64,000 nucleotides of DNA from positions 2,400,001-2,464,000 of the forward strand of contig CBDDDZ010000005.1 in assembly GCA_965226795.1 (NCBI GenBank), in the 5' to 3' direction. The notes under the pieces are model-generated. The model was not told the origin of the DNA. It searched no databases and worked only from the letters and a program-made list of their open reading frames with translations. This document shows positions 49,986 to 59,959 of this stretch, piece by piece (position 1 is the stretch's first letter; each line of letters opens with the position of its first letter). Source of the stretch: Candidatus Latescibacterota bacterium (lineage in GTDB: Bacteria; Latescibacterota; UBA2968; GCA-2709665). A program made the position numbers and the translations under genes.

Positions 49986-50661
49986 CTAAAGCATGGAACC
50001 CATCGCAGGCGGGCCGGTATTGCGCCTGCGCGGCCTCAGGTTACCTATTCTGTGCATCACCTCGCTACTGATGGAATGATACGCGGCCCGCCGCCTGGCG
50101 GGCAACCCGGTTGGAGATACGCAAACCGGTTTACCGAACCGCACCGTCACGCGGTTAAGACCGATCAGACTCGTCCAGATGTTGACCGTACCGGAAATGT
50201 AGACCGGAACCACGGGAACCCGCGCCCGGTAAGCCAACATACCGACGCCGTCCTTGGGCGGCCTCAGTCTGGATGTCTTGTTACGCGTGCCCTCCGGCGA
50301 AATAAACATCGCACCGCCGGCCCTGAGACACTGTTCGATACACCGCAATGCGCCCCGGTCCCCACGAGACCGGTCGATTGGCATCGCGTTCAGCTTCCGA
50401 ATCAGCCAGCCGAGAATCGGAACGGGAAACGCTTCCTGCTTGGTAACATACGAAAGTTCACGGCCCGCCGCAACTCCGATAAATACGGCATCCGCAAAGG
50501 AAGCATGGTTACTCGCCAGAATGACGCCGCCCCGGCGCGGCACAAAATGACCGCCGGCGACACGGAGCCGAAACAGGCAGATGCATGCTCCGGCGCCAAG
50601 CGCCCAGATGAACCGATAGAAGAGATTGCCCGGTCGCCCGGTGTAAATGTCTGTCCGCATC
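49986..50661 (-). CDS. plsC: Lysophospholipid acyltransferase
   Basis: NHASFAD and SPEGTR. Confidence 0.9.
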
Positions 50662-50679
50662 GTGAGCCCGTGGATCTCC

Positions 50680-51360
50680 TTAAAGGCCGCGTTCGCGCGC
50701 AAGCTCCACCACGCGGGCGACCTGTGCATCGATACTCAGGCCGGTGGTATCCACCTCTATTGCATCCGAAGCCGGCCACGATCCGGAACGCCGCTGCGTG
50801 GCCCTGTCACGCGCGTCACGCGCGTGAATCTGAGCCGTCAACACATCCAGAGGCGTCCGTTCGCCTCGATCAAGCAAAGCCCGTTGCTGCCGCAGCGCCC
50901 GTTCAGCGACATCCGCGACGAGAAACACTTTCAGATCCGCGCCAGGAAAAACCGCCGTTCCCGTATCCCGGCCTTCAAGCACGATACCTCCGTCGGCGCC
51001 CATCTCCTTCTGGCGCGCCACGAGGATCTCTCGAACCGCGGTGTGCACGGCCACCCGGGAGGCGGCATCGGCAACTTCCGGAGTACGGATCCTGCCGGTC
51101 ACGTCCTCGCCGTCGATCAGAACCCGCTGGCCGCCGTCCTCCAGCCGAAAATCAAATTTCAACGATGCGGCCGTCTCGGACGACGCGGTCGCATCGTCCG
51201 GGCTGACACCCTTACAAATCAGGGTCCATCCCAGCGCGCGGTACATGGCGCCGGTATCCAGATAAAGATATCCCAGCCTGTTGGCGACACACTGAGCCGT
51301 TGTACTCTTGCCCGACCCCGCAGGACCGTCGATGGCAATCACGATTCCCCTTTTGCCCAT
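50680..51360 (-). CDS. cmk: Cytidylate kinase
   Basis: IAIDGPAGSGKST, LDTGAMYRA, EGRDTGT.VFP.A.LK. Confidence 0.95.
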   Translation of the reverse strand: MGKRGIVIAIDGPAGSGKSTTAQCVANRLGYLYLDTGAMYRALGWTLICKGVSPDDATASSETAASLKFDFRLEDGGQRVLIDGEDVTGRIRTPEVADAASRVAVHTAVREILVARQKEMGADGGIVLEGRDTGTAVFPGADLKVFLVADVAERALRQQRALLDRGERTPLDVLTAQIHARDARDRATQRRSGSWPASDAIEVDTTGLSIDAQVARVVELARERGL

Positions 51361-51382
51361 CACAACCCTCCGCCCTCGATTG

Positions 51383-52132
51383 CTACGGAATCGGTTTCCC
51401 TCCATCCGCGCCGACACGTCGCGCATCCGGCGCTACGCCCGCCCCGCGGGGGTCGGAGACCGTTCCAGACCCGTCTTCGGCGCCGGCACCCGGATTCCCC
51501 GCCTCCCCCTCCGGGCGGACCATCGGTTCCAGGAGACCGCCTGGAGAAGACGCCGCGGCTGCCTTGTCGGTCAGCAACTCATCCAATTCCCGGACCTTTG
51601 GCAGATCCGACAACGTCTTCAGTCCGAAGTGCTTTAAAAAGTCCCGCGTCGTTCCATAAAGCAGCGGCCTTCCGGGGGCGTCCGACCGGCCGGCGATGCG
51701 GATCAATCCCCTCTCGAGCAGGTGCCGCACCACCCCGTCCACCGACACCCCGCGAATGTGTTCCACCTCGGCCTTCATAACCGGCTGCTTGAATACGATG
51801 ATGGCAAGCGTTTCCAGGGCTGCCGACGACAGACGGACGGGCGCCTTTTCTTTCAGAAGTCGCCGTATCCATGCGCCGTATTCCGAATGCACCATGAACT
51901 GGAATCCGCCGGCGATTTCCGAGATTTTAAAGCTGCGCCCGGTCCGGCCGTACTGCTCGTTCAGGTCTTCCACGTACGCACGCACGTCTCCAGGCCGCAG
52001 CCCATCCAGTATCGAAGCTATCTGGCTGGCGCCCAGCGGTCTGTCCGACGCCATCAACAACGCCTCCAGAATACCCTGATTGCGCGCGTCTTCATCCGAC
52101 GCGACCGGGTTTATGCCATACGATTCGCGCAT
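51383..52132 (-). CDS. scpB: Segregation and condensation protein B
   Basis: LEALL, LS.AALETLAII, GRPLLYGTT..FL..FGL. Confidence 0.95.
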   Translation of the reverse strand: MRESYGINPVASDEDARNQGILEALLMASDRPLGASQIASILDGLRPGDVRAYVEDLNEQYGRTGRSFKISEIAGGFQFMVHSEYGAWIRRLLKEKAPVRLSSAALETLAIIVFKQPVMKAEVEHIRGVSVDGVVRHLLERGLIRIAGRSDAPGRPLLYGTTRDFLKHFGLKTLSDLPKVRELDELLTDKAAAASSPGGLLEPMVRPEGEAGNPGAGAEDGSGTVSDPRGAGVAPDARRVGADGGKPIP

Positions 52133-52216
52133 AGAAAGGATACGAGATTGGATTGAATTCCCAATCGACTGAAGCAGCTTCGGGCCCGTGACGCGCGGCC
52201 GATGGACGTATCACGG

Positions 52217-53020
52217 TCAGTGTTCGGACGCCGATTCCGAACCAGGCTCTGATTTATCCTCATCACGTCCGTAAACCCAGATTTCGCCTTCCGATTCGCT
52301 CTGTCTGGCAAGGGCCCGCCCGGTCTTGATCAGTTCGAGCAGGGCGATGAATGTGACAATGAGGACTATTCGCGGTAGACCGGAGACCAGATCCGAGAAC
52401 TGAACCCGATGCTTTTTTTCCAGTATGTCCAGGACGACCTCCATTCGTTCTTCGGTCGTCACTTCCAGCTGATGAACGTCGTGGTAATCTGCTTTCGGCG
52501 CAGCGATGAGGGCCATTCTGAACGACGCCATCAGATCGAACAGACTCACCGAGCCGCAGGTTGCCAACGGATCCTGTTCGACCTCGTCGATTTCTCCGGT
52601 ATCCAGTGCGGCCCCCCGGTAAAAGCAATCCCGATGCAAATCCTGCTTATCTTCGAGCCAGTTGGCCACTTCTTTGAATTGCTGGTATTCCAGCAGGCGC
52701 CGAACCAGTTCTTCTCTGGGATCCTCTTCCTCCTCGTCCGCATCGGGATCTGCAGGCAGCAACATGCGTGACTTGATCTTCATCAGGGTGGCCGCCATGA
52801 CCAGAAAATCTCCGGCAGGTTCCAGATTGAGCGTCTGCATCACTTCGACAAACTCCAGAAACTGCCGTGTGACATCGGCGATGGGGATATCGTAAACGTC
52901 GATCTCATTCTTGCGAATCAGAAAAAGCAGCAGATCCAGCGGTCCTTCGAAAACATCCAGCTTCACCCCGTAGGCGTCGCCCCCGGCGTTTCCCTGAATT
53001 GCCAGCGATTCGGCACTCAT
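52217..53020 (-). CDS. scpA: Segregation and condensation protein A (kleisin)
   Basis: FEGPLDLLLFLI, FLVMAATL..IKSRMLLP, TFIALLEL. Confidence 0.95.
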   Translation of the reverse strand: MSAESLAIQGNAGGDAYGVKLDVFEGPLDLLLFLIRKNEIDVYDIPIADVTRQFLEFVEVMQTLNLEPAGDFLVMAATLMKIKSRMLLPADPDADEEEEDPREELVRRLLEYQQFKEVANWLEDKQDLHRDCFYRGAALDTGEIDEVEQDPLATCGSVSLFDLMASFRMALIAAPKADYHDVHQLEVTTEERMEVVLDILEKKHRVQFSDLVSGLPRIVLIVTFIALLELIKTGRALARQSESEGEIWVYGRDEDKSEPGSESASEH

Positions 53021-53124
53021 TGGAGAAATCTCCCCTGACGTTTTGCCGGTTCCCCAACCTGGTCTTTACGCGGGGCGGAGAACTGATGTATCCCCGCGCG
53101 GTTCCGGCTCCTGGAGCCCGCGCT

Positions 53125-53634
53125 TCAATCCATAAACAGATACGGCCGCCACCGACGGTCCGGCACTCCGATCAACTGGCTGATGGAGGTGACCGTGCTG
53201 GGCTTGCGAGGTCGGCGCAACAGATTGATTCCGGCCTGTTCCGGCGTTTGATTGCCCTTGAGATTATTGCAGGGCAGACAGGCACACACCAGATTCTCCC
53301 ACGTGTCCCGTCCGTTTCCGGTACGGGGAACCACATGGTCGACTGTCATTGGACCCTTCCGGGTACCGCAATACTGGCACCGATGTCCATCCCGTTTCAG
53401 GACGTTTTTTTTGGAGAGTGCGAGTTGTTTGGGGGCAACGCGAACGTAAAGCCCGAGGCGTACGACACTGGGCACCGGAAACCGTTCGGAAACCGTTCGG
53501 ACATACAGATCCAACGCTTCAATGACCTCTGCCCGCCCACGAAACACGAGAACAATAGCCCGCCGTACGCTACACACCTGGATGGGTTCGTAACTCTGAT
53601 TCAGAACCAGAACCGGCCGGTTTAGCAATGGCAC
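53125..53634 (-). CDS. HNH endonuclease
   Basis: VLVLNQSYEP, RDGHRCQYCG, TVDHVVPR, WENLVCAC..CN..KG. Confidence 0.92.
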   Translation of the reverse strand: MPLLNRPVLVLNQSYEPIQVCSVRRAIVLVFRGRAEVIEALDLYVRTVSERFPVPSVVRLGLYVRVAPKQLALSKKNVLKRDGHRCQYCGTRKGPMTVDHVVPRTGNGRDTWENLVCACLPCNNLKGNQTPEQAGINLLRRPRKPSTVTSISQLIGVPDRRWRPYLFMD

Positions 53635-53766
53635 ACACCCCCTTTTGCAGCAGCCCGGGGCGAAATAGACTGAACGCCGCTGAAGCCGTCGGCCTGCACT
53701 ACAGATGATCCGTTCCGTCGCCGTCACCAGACCGGCCATGCCCGCAGGATTTCACTTAAAAGAAGA

Positions 53767-53795
53767 AAAATAAAGCCTTTATAATACCATGTCAA
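53767..53795 (-). promoter_or_regulatory. Sigma70-type promoter upstream of HNH-scpA-scpB
   Basis: TTGACA-17 bp-TATTTT. Confidence 0.55.
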
Positions 53796-53925
53796 GCGTT
53801 TACGACGCACCGGAAATTAAGACCGCCTGGGCACGTCTGCCCCGGATCGGCGACCCGTGGGGCGATCTTGAACACTCGGGTCGTCGAGCCCCCGTCGGTG
53901 ATGGATCGGAGGGCTTAATTGGCTG

Positions 53926-54312
53926 CTATCGCTCTTCGATAAGTTCGCCATAGGCCTGCGGGCTGAGAAGCGATTCGAGTTCGTCACCGTTGGTTATCCG
54001 AACCACGATCATCCAGCCCTCACCGTATGGATCCGAGTTGATCGGAGCCGCATCCTCGCCGAGTTCCTCGTGAACCTCGAGCACTTCGCCCGACACGGGC
54101 GCGAAAAGGTCTTCCACCGTCTTCACCGCCTCGATCGTCCCAAAGGCCTCGCCCTGCTCGATCTGATCTCCCGGTTCCGGCAATTCGGCAAAGACGATAT
54201 CGCCCAACTCACCCTGCGCATAGTCTGTGATGCCAATCGTGCACCGTTCACCCTCGATACGTATCCATTCGTGCTCTGCAGTGTACAGGAGGCCTTCCGG
54301 AATCTCCGACAT
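53926..54312 (-). CDS. gcvH: Glycine cleavage system H protein
   Basis: HEW, GITDYAQ..LGDIVF, EAVK lipoyl Lys, N.DPYG.GW. Confidence 0.96.
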   Translation of the reverse strand: MSEIPEGLLYTAEHEWIRIEGERCTIGITDYAQGELGDIVFAELPEPGDQIEQGEAFGTIEAVKTVEDLFAPVSGEVLEVHEELGEDAAPINSDPYGEGWMIVVRITNGDELESLLSPQAYGELIEER

Positions 54313-54413
54313 GATTCTTGACTCCCGATAATAAAGAATACTGAAAATGTTCCGCGTGGGTCGCTCGCCGTCCCGACTGTTGTTACCTTAATTGTCCGGG
54401 GTCCCCCCGAAGC

Positions 54414-55772
54414 TCAACCTCCATACCCCAACCTGGCCACGAATTCCGTGTCGATCCGACCCTGACGAAAATCGGAATGCCGCATCGCTCTGAGATGAAA
54501 TGGAATGGTTGTAGGGATTCCCTCGATCACGAATTCCTCGAGCGCACGGACCATGCGCACCGTTGCTTCCTCACGGGTGTCTCCATACGCCAGCAACTTG
54601 GCAAGGAGCGAATCATAGTGGGAGGGGACACGATAGCCGGCATATGCATGTGAATCGATCCGGATGCCCGGCCCGCCCGGCGCATGGAAAGTGCTGATTT
54701 CCCCCGCGAACGGTCGGAAGTTGTGGTCGGGATCCTCCGCGTTAATGCGGCATTCGATGGCGTGCCCCGACGGCTGTACGTCTACCTGGGCAAACGGAAG
54801 CGGCTCTCCCGCGGCCACCCGGATCTGGGTCTTCACCAGATCGATTCCCGTTACCATCTCCGTGACCGGATGCTCGACCTGAATGCGGGTATTCATTTCC
54901 ATAAAATAAAAGCGCCCCGAAGCATCCAGCAGGAATTCCACGGTTCCGGCGCCCGAATATCCCACCGCCCTGGCCCCCGCAACGGCTTCTCTTCCCATCC
55001 GCCCGCGCAGGTCCTCGTCGACCACGGGCGAAGGAGACTCCTCGATCAGCTTCTGATGACGCCGCTGGATGGAACACTCACGCTCACCCAGATGAACGAT
55101 GTTGCCGGCCTGGTCGCCCATAACCTGAATTTCTATGTGTCGGGGCGCCACGATTTCCTTTTCCAGATAAAGCGTGCCCGACGTAAACGCGGCGGACGCC
55201 TCGGCCTGCGCCGCATTCCAGGCCCGCTCGAGGCCCTCCGCCGAGTTCACGGTGCGCATGCCCCTTCCGCCACCCCCGGCAACTGCTTTCACGCGAATCG
55301 GGTAACCGATCTCTTCGGCGGACCGCTCCGCCTCGTTAAGTGTGTGCAATACCCCCGTGCCGGGCGCTACCGGCACGTCCGCGGCCAGCATCGTTTCCCG
55401 CGCGACGGCTTTGTCACCCATCCTGCGAATGGCCTCCGGCGACGGTCCAATGAACACAAAGCCGCACGAAGCGCACATCTCGGCAAAATCCGCGTTCTCG
55501 GCCAACGGACCGTACCCGGGGTGAATCGCATCGGCGTTGGTCACTTCCGCGGCGCTCAGAATACGCGGGATGTTCCGATAGCTCTGGTCTCCGGGAGGCG
55601 GCCCGATGCAGACATCCTCGTCGGCAACACCGATATGCAGTGAATTGGCATCGGCCTCGGAATGCACCGCGATTGTCCGGATGCCGAGTTCCTTGCATGC
55701 CCGGATGACACGCACGGCGATTTCGCCCCGGTCGGCAATAAGGATTTTATCGAATAAGGGAGTGGATGACAC
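54414..55772 (-). CDS. accC: Biotin carboxylase
   Basis: [33 protein letters not shown]. Confidence 0.95.
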   Translation of the reverse strand: MSSTPLFDKILIADRGEIAVRVIRACKELGIRTIAVHSEADANSLHIGVADEDVCIGPPPGDQSYRNIPRILSAAEVTNADAIHPGYGPLAENADFAEMCASCGFVFIGPSPEAIRRMGDKAVARETMLAADVPVAPGTGVLHTLNEAERSAEEIGYPIRVKAVAGGGGRGMRTVNSAEGLERAWNAAQAEASAAFTSGTLYLEKEIVAPRHIEIQVMGDQAGNIVHLGERECSIQRRHQKLIEESPSPVVDEDLRGRMGREAVAGARAVGYSGAGTVEFLLDASGRFYFMEMNTRIQVEHPVTEMVTGIDLVKTQIRVAAGEPLPFAQVDVQPSGHAIECRINAEDPDHNFRPFAGEISTFHAPGGPGIRIDSHAYAGYRVPSHYDSLLAKLLAYGDTREEATVRMVRALEEFVIEGIPTTIPFHLRAMRHSDFRQGRIDTEFVARLGYGG

Positions 55773-55825
55773 GATTGGTTCGGTGGGAAGGCGGCCGGAA
55801 CCGCCGCAGGGGTGAAAGAAGCGCT

Positions 55826-56299
55826 TTATAGCGGTTCTATTAGGAAAAGAGGTGTATTGTACTCGACGGGATTGCCATTCTCAACAAGGACTCGAACCAC
55901 CCGACCTTTTGCGTCGGCTTCGATTTCGTTCATTATTTTCATGGCTTCGATTATGCAGATGGTCTGTCCGACCGACACGACATCCCCCTCCTCCACAAAG
56001 GCCGGCGAGTCCGGATTGGGAGCACGATAGAACATGCCTACCATGGGCGAACTAATGCTGTGCAACCCTTCAGTCTCGTCCGGTTCGGCGGAAGCGGACT
56101 CATGGTCGGCATCGGCCGGCTGCGAAGCGGTATGAACCTGAGCGACCGGCTGAAACGCGGCTGCATCGATGCCGGCGGCAACGCGTATTTTTCGAAGCCC
56201 CAGAATCCCACGTTCGATTTCAATCTCCCGGACCTTGTCTTCTCCGACCAGTTCGATCAACTGCTGAAGGGTCTCCATGATGTTTTTGGAGAGTTTCAC
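55826..56299 (-). CDS. accB: Biotin carboxyl carrier protein
   Basis: [19 protein letters not shown] start with RBS AAGGAG. Confidence 0.95.
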   Translation of the reverse strand: MKLSKNIMETLQQLIELVGEDKVREIEIERGILGLRKIRVAAGIDAAAFQPVAQVHTASQPADADHESASAEPDETEGLHSISSPMVGMFYRAPNPDSPAFVEEGDVVSVGQTICIIEAMKIMNEIEADAKGRVVRVLVENGNPVEYNTPLFLIEPL

Positions 56300-56391
56300 G
56301 CGTGCTCCTTCGAAAAAACAACAGCCGGCAGTATAGGGATCGGGGCGTGCCGGCCGAAGTGCCACCCATCCCGATTCCCGACGTTTCCGTA

Positions 56392-56949
56392 TCAGATTCG
56401 TTCTACGTACGTTTCCGTTCGGGTATCTATTTTCAAAACGTCGCCCCGTTCCACGAAAAGGGGCACCTGGACCGAAGCCCCTGTTTCCAGTACGGCCGGT
56501 TTACTTCCGCCGCTGGCGGTGTCTCCCCGCAGCCCGGGGTCCGTTTCCGTCACCGCCAGTTCGACAAAAATCGGCAACGCCACACTCACAGCGTTTTGCT
56601 CAGCGACCAGAATCTCCAGAATCTCGTTCTCTTTCAAATACTTGACTGCGTTTCCCATCACCTCTGGAGGCAGTTCATACTGATCGTACGTCTCATTATC
56701 CATAAAACAGTAAAGATCGCCGGGCTTGTAGAGGAATTGCATCTTCCGCCGTTCCAGCCGAACATCGTCCACCTTGTCGCCGGAACGAAACGTCCGGTCA
56801 ATCATTGCGCCCGTCTTCACACTCTTGAGACGGGTGCGTACGACGGCCGCGCCCTTGCCGGGTTTAAAGTGTTCGAATTCGACCATAAAATAGAGAACGC
56901 CGTCCAGGCGCAAGACCATACCATTTCTGAACTCAGACGTTGTGACCAT
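56392..56949 (-). CDS. efp: Elongation factor P
   Basis: KPGKG loop, GDTA, KPA.LETG..V.VPLF. Confidence 0.97.
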   Translation of the reverse strand: MVTTSEFRNGMVLRLDGVLYFMVEFEHFKPGKGAAVVRTRLKSVKTGAMIDRTFRSGDKVDDVRLERRKMQFLYKPGDLYCFMDNETYDQYELPPEVMGNAVKYLKENEILEILVAEQNAVSVALPIFVELAVTETDPGLRGDTASGGSKPAVLETGASVQVPLFVERGDVLKIDTRTETYVERI

Positions 56950-56958
56950 TTTTCGAAA

Positions 56959-57711
56959 TTATCCTCCCGCGCACATTCCATTCATCTGCTGAAGTTCCTT
57001 CAGCCGTTTCTTTATCGGCTCATTCTCGGGTTCACGCTCACAGACTTGCGCCAGGACAGCTACAGCTTCTTCTATCAGTCCTTGCGCCACGTACAGCTCG
57101 GCAAGGGTCGAGGTTGCAATCGGCGCAATTCCAGCGTCGGATTCGGAAGTCGCGGCCGCATCCTTACCCGGGCCGCGTTGGTCCGGAAGGTCCCGCAACA
57201 GGAGGGGAAAATTCTCGCGTTCCGCCCGGGAATCGTTTTTCGCGGCGGTTTCATCTGACGCCAGGCGACCCGGCTCATCGCCGGGCCCGGATTCGGAGGC
57301 CGGTTCGTCTTCTCCCCGGGCAACGGCACCGATCTCGGAAACCAGCACGCGGCTTAACGGATCGACCGTCAGGGCATACCTGAAATACTGAAGCGCCTGT
57401 TCCTCGAAGCCCATCCTTCTTTCGATCTTGCCGAGCAGCCAGTAGGCCGCCGGATTGTCCCGATCCAGCACGAGCGTGTCGTGAAATGCCTGCCGGGCTT
57501 CTACCAACCGTCCGGCCGCCATGTGGCATCTGCCCATGACGAGATGGCCGGTTGGATAAAACGGGCGGTATCTGAGGCCCTTCCGACAGATCTCCGTTGC
57601 CAGGTCCACGTTGCCCGATCGCAGCATCTCATCGGCGAGGCGCGCAAACAGGATAGACGCAGGATTCCTGCTGCAGATTCTCTCGAGCCTTGCAACAGAT
57701 GTGGCCGTCAT
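56959..57711 (-). CDS. Tetratricopeptide repeat protein
   Basis: NP.S..FA.LA, TPR-like repeats, C-terminal T.TLAELY..QG..EEA. Confidence 0.85.
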   Translation of the reverse strand: MTATSVARLERICSRNPASILFARLADEMLRSGNVDLATEICRKGLRYRPFYPTGHLVMGRCHMAAGRLVEARQAFHDTLVLDRDNPAAYWLLGKIERRMGFEEQALQYFRYALTVDPLSRVLVSEIGAVARGEDEPASESGPGDEPGRLASDETAAKNDSRAERENFPLLLRDLPDQRGPGKDAAATSESDAGIAPIATSTLAELYVAQGLIEEAVAVLAQVCEREPENEPIKKRLKELQQMNGMCAGG

Positions 57712-57859
57712 CGTCTCACCACCCCGTCCAGTGTCCCATCCCAGAAATATGTTACCATTCGGCCGCCGATTCATCCCGTCTCGCTGCGTTCCCAGCCGGG
57801 CGACTCGGCGGCCGAATTTCGGCAATCTATTTCCGGGACAGAACACTAAACCGGAGGGA

Positions 57860-57888
57860 AGTATAGGAAAAAGCCCAACGCTTGTCAA
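57860..57888 (-). promoter_or_regulatory. Sigma70-type promoter of the TPR-efp-accBC-gcvH cluster
   Basis: TTGACA-17 bp-TATACT. Confidence 0.7.
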
Positions 57889-58352
57889 GGCCGCCACATA
57901 GCGCCCGTTCGCCGCGTTCCGCGCCGGTCCAATGCCGTCAAATGGTCCCACGTTGGCATTCGTCCGATTCGAACTCCGGAGCCGTTGTACGTAATGTAAA
58001 AAACTCTGCGAAAAATATGCTACGAAATCCTCGCTGCCGCCGGCCGCATTCCATACTCTCCCGAATCGAACGAGTCTCGGATCACATTCGCGGGCAAACC
58101 GGTCTTCCACCCAGCGACACAGGCTTGTTTTCCGGCGCGTCGAGCCTGAAGCCTGCCGGAATCGCCGTCGATACGGCGTTCAGAGTGGTGCTTTCAATCC
58201 CGACACGGATACGTATTCCGCTGCAATCCGTTTCGATTCGACGCCTGACCGCCGGGTCGGAATTTCCCTGGAATTGCCTTGTGCGAATATGGGTGATATG
58301 CTATATTCTATGCCGTTTCAGGCTCATGCCCAATCCGCTCAGGGAGGCGGTT

Positions 58353-58874
58353 ATGGAACTCGTCAAGTTATTTGTGTCGTTCACAAAGGTCGGTATTTTC
58401 GCTTACGGGGGCGGGCCATCCATGATCCCGCTGGTACAGGAGGAAGTCGTCGACGTACACGGCTGGATGACCATTGAGGAGTTTACCGACGCTCTCGCTA
58501 TGGGATATGCGCTTCCCGGTCCCATTGCCACGAAAATGGCCGCCTATATCGGTTACCAGGTCGCACAGACCCCGGGTCTGATCGTGGCCCTTCTGGGCAC
58601 GGTCTTTCCCTCCCTCATCCTGATGATGACTTTGGGCCTGTTCTTCATGGCGTATAAGGGCGCGCCAGCCGTCCAGGCAATGCTCAAAGCCGTCCGGCCG
58701 GCGGTTGTCGGCCTCCTTCTCGTGGTGGTCTGGCAAATGGCGCCCAAGTCAGTGACTTCATGGCACACGGGCCTGATCGCCCTGGCGGCTTTTGTCGCCA
58801 TCCATTTCCTGAACCTTCATCCGGCCGTCGCGATCGTCAGCACGGCGGTTCTGGGCCTGGCAATCTACCGTTAA
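58353..58874 (+). CDS. Short-chain chromate transporter (CHR family)
   Basis: KVG.FAYGGG, V..HGWMT..EF.D.LA....PGP; RBS GGAGG. Confidence 0.9.
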   Translation: MELVKLFVSFTKVGIFAYGGGPSMIPLVQEEVVDVHGWMTIEEFTDALAMGYALPGPIATKMAAYIGYQVAQTPGLIVALLGTVFPSLILMMTLGLFFMAYKGAPAVQAMLKAVRPAVVGLLLVVVWQMAPKSVTSWHTGLIALAAFVAIHFLNLHPAVAIVSTAVLGLAIYR

Positions 58875-58916
58875 TGTGGTGACACCGGCATCACCCTCTC
58901 GGGAGCTTGAGTTCGA

Positions 58917-59930
58917 ATGAAGGACTACTTGATACTTGAACGCAAAGCGCTGAAAAACAATCCCTTAACAACGCTGGAGATGCTGGCGGTGCTCAATACG
59001 CCAAACGAAGACCTGCTCCGGCTGATCCACGCGGCATATAGGGTCCGCCATCGTTATTTTGGAAACAGAGTGCGCCTGCACGTTTTACAGAACGCCAAGA
59101 GCGGACTGTGTCCGGAAGACTGCGCCTACTGTTCCCAATCTTCAGTGTCGACCGCGGACATCAGTAAATATCCGCTGTTGCCACGAGAACGAATCCTCGA
59201 CGGCGCCAGAAAGGCCAAGGCGGGAAGGGCCCTCCGCTATTGCATCGTCACCAGCGGAAGAGGCCCCAACCGCAGAGAGGTGGAAACCGTTGCCGACATC
59301 GTACGTGAAGTCAAACAAACCGTCGATATCGACATCTGCTGCTGTATGGGGCTGCTGGACGAAGCACAGGCCAGAACGTTGAAAGCAGCCGGTGTCGACC
59401 GGATCAATCACAACCTGAACACCAGTGCCCGGCACCATCCCAAGATCTGTACCACCCACACCTACACGGACCGGCTGAATACGCTTCAGGCGGTCAAGGC
59501 TGCCGGTCTCGAGACCTGTTGCGGGGGAATCATCGGGATGGGAGAGTCCCGGCAGGATATCGTCGACCTGGCCATGGCCGTCCGGAAACTGGACATCGAT
59601 TCGATCCCTGTCAACTTTCTGCACCCCGTAGAAGGCACGCCCCTCGCCGGGTGTGAACCGACGACGCCGCAGGATGGCCTGAAGGCCCTTTGCCTGTTCC
59701 GCTTTGTCAACCCGAACAAAGAAATCCGGATTGCCGGCGGGCGGGAACACACGCTCCGATCCCTCCAGGGCCTGGCCCTCTATCCGGCGAACTCCGTCTT
59801 TATGGAAGGCTATCTGACTACCGGGGGACAGTCCACTTCGGAAACCCATCGTCTGATCGAGGATATGGGATTCGAAGTCGAAGAGAAGCGGAAGACAGAG
59901 GGCAAATCAAATGTGCTGGTTTGCGATTAA
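58917..59930 (+). CDS. bioB: Biotin synthase
   Basis: [41 protein letters not shown]. Confidence 0.96.
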   Translation: MKDYLILERKALKNNPLTTLEMLAVLNTPNEDLLRLIHAAYRVRHRYFGNRVRLHVLQNAKSGLCPEDCAYCSQSSVSTADISKYPLLPRERILDGARKAKAGRALRYCIVTSGRGPNRREVETVADIVREVKQTVDIDICCCMGLLDEAQARTLKAAGVDRINHNLNTSARHHPKICTTHTYTDRLNTLQAVKAAGLETCCGGIIGMGESRQDIVDLAMAVRKLDIDSIPVNFLHPVEGTPLAGCEPTTPQDGLKALCLFRFVNPNKEIRIAGGREHTLRSLQGLALYPANSVFMEGYLTTGGQSTSETHRLIEDMGFEVEEKRKTEGKSNVLVCD

Positions 59931-59959
59931 AAGCGCACTCGCGACACCTACGTCAACTT

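Noticed and set aside
48840..51206. 788-aa plus-strand ORF and other long antisense ORFs (36001-37425, 36747-38051, 26797-27993)
   Set aside because: Shadow or alternate frames of real genes in GC-rich DNA, with no motifs
17193..54312. gcvH separated from gcvPA/PB, with gcvT absent
   Set aside because: Scattered gcv genes are common; gcvT probably lies outside the window
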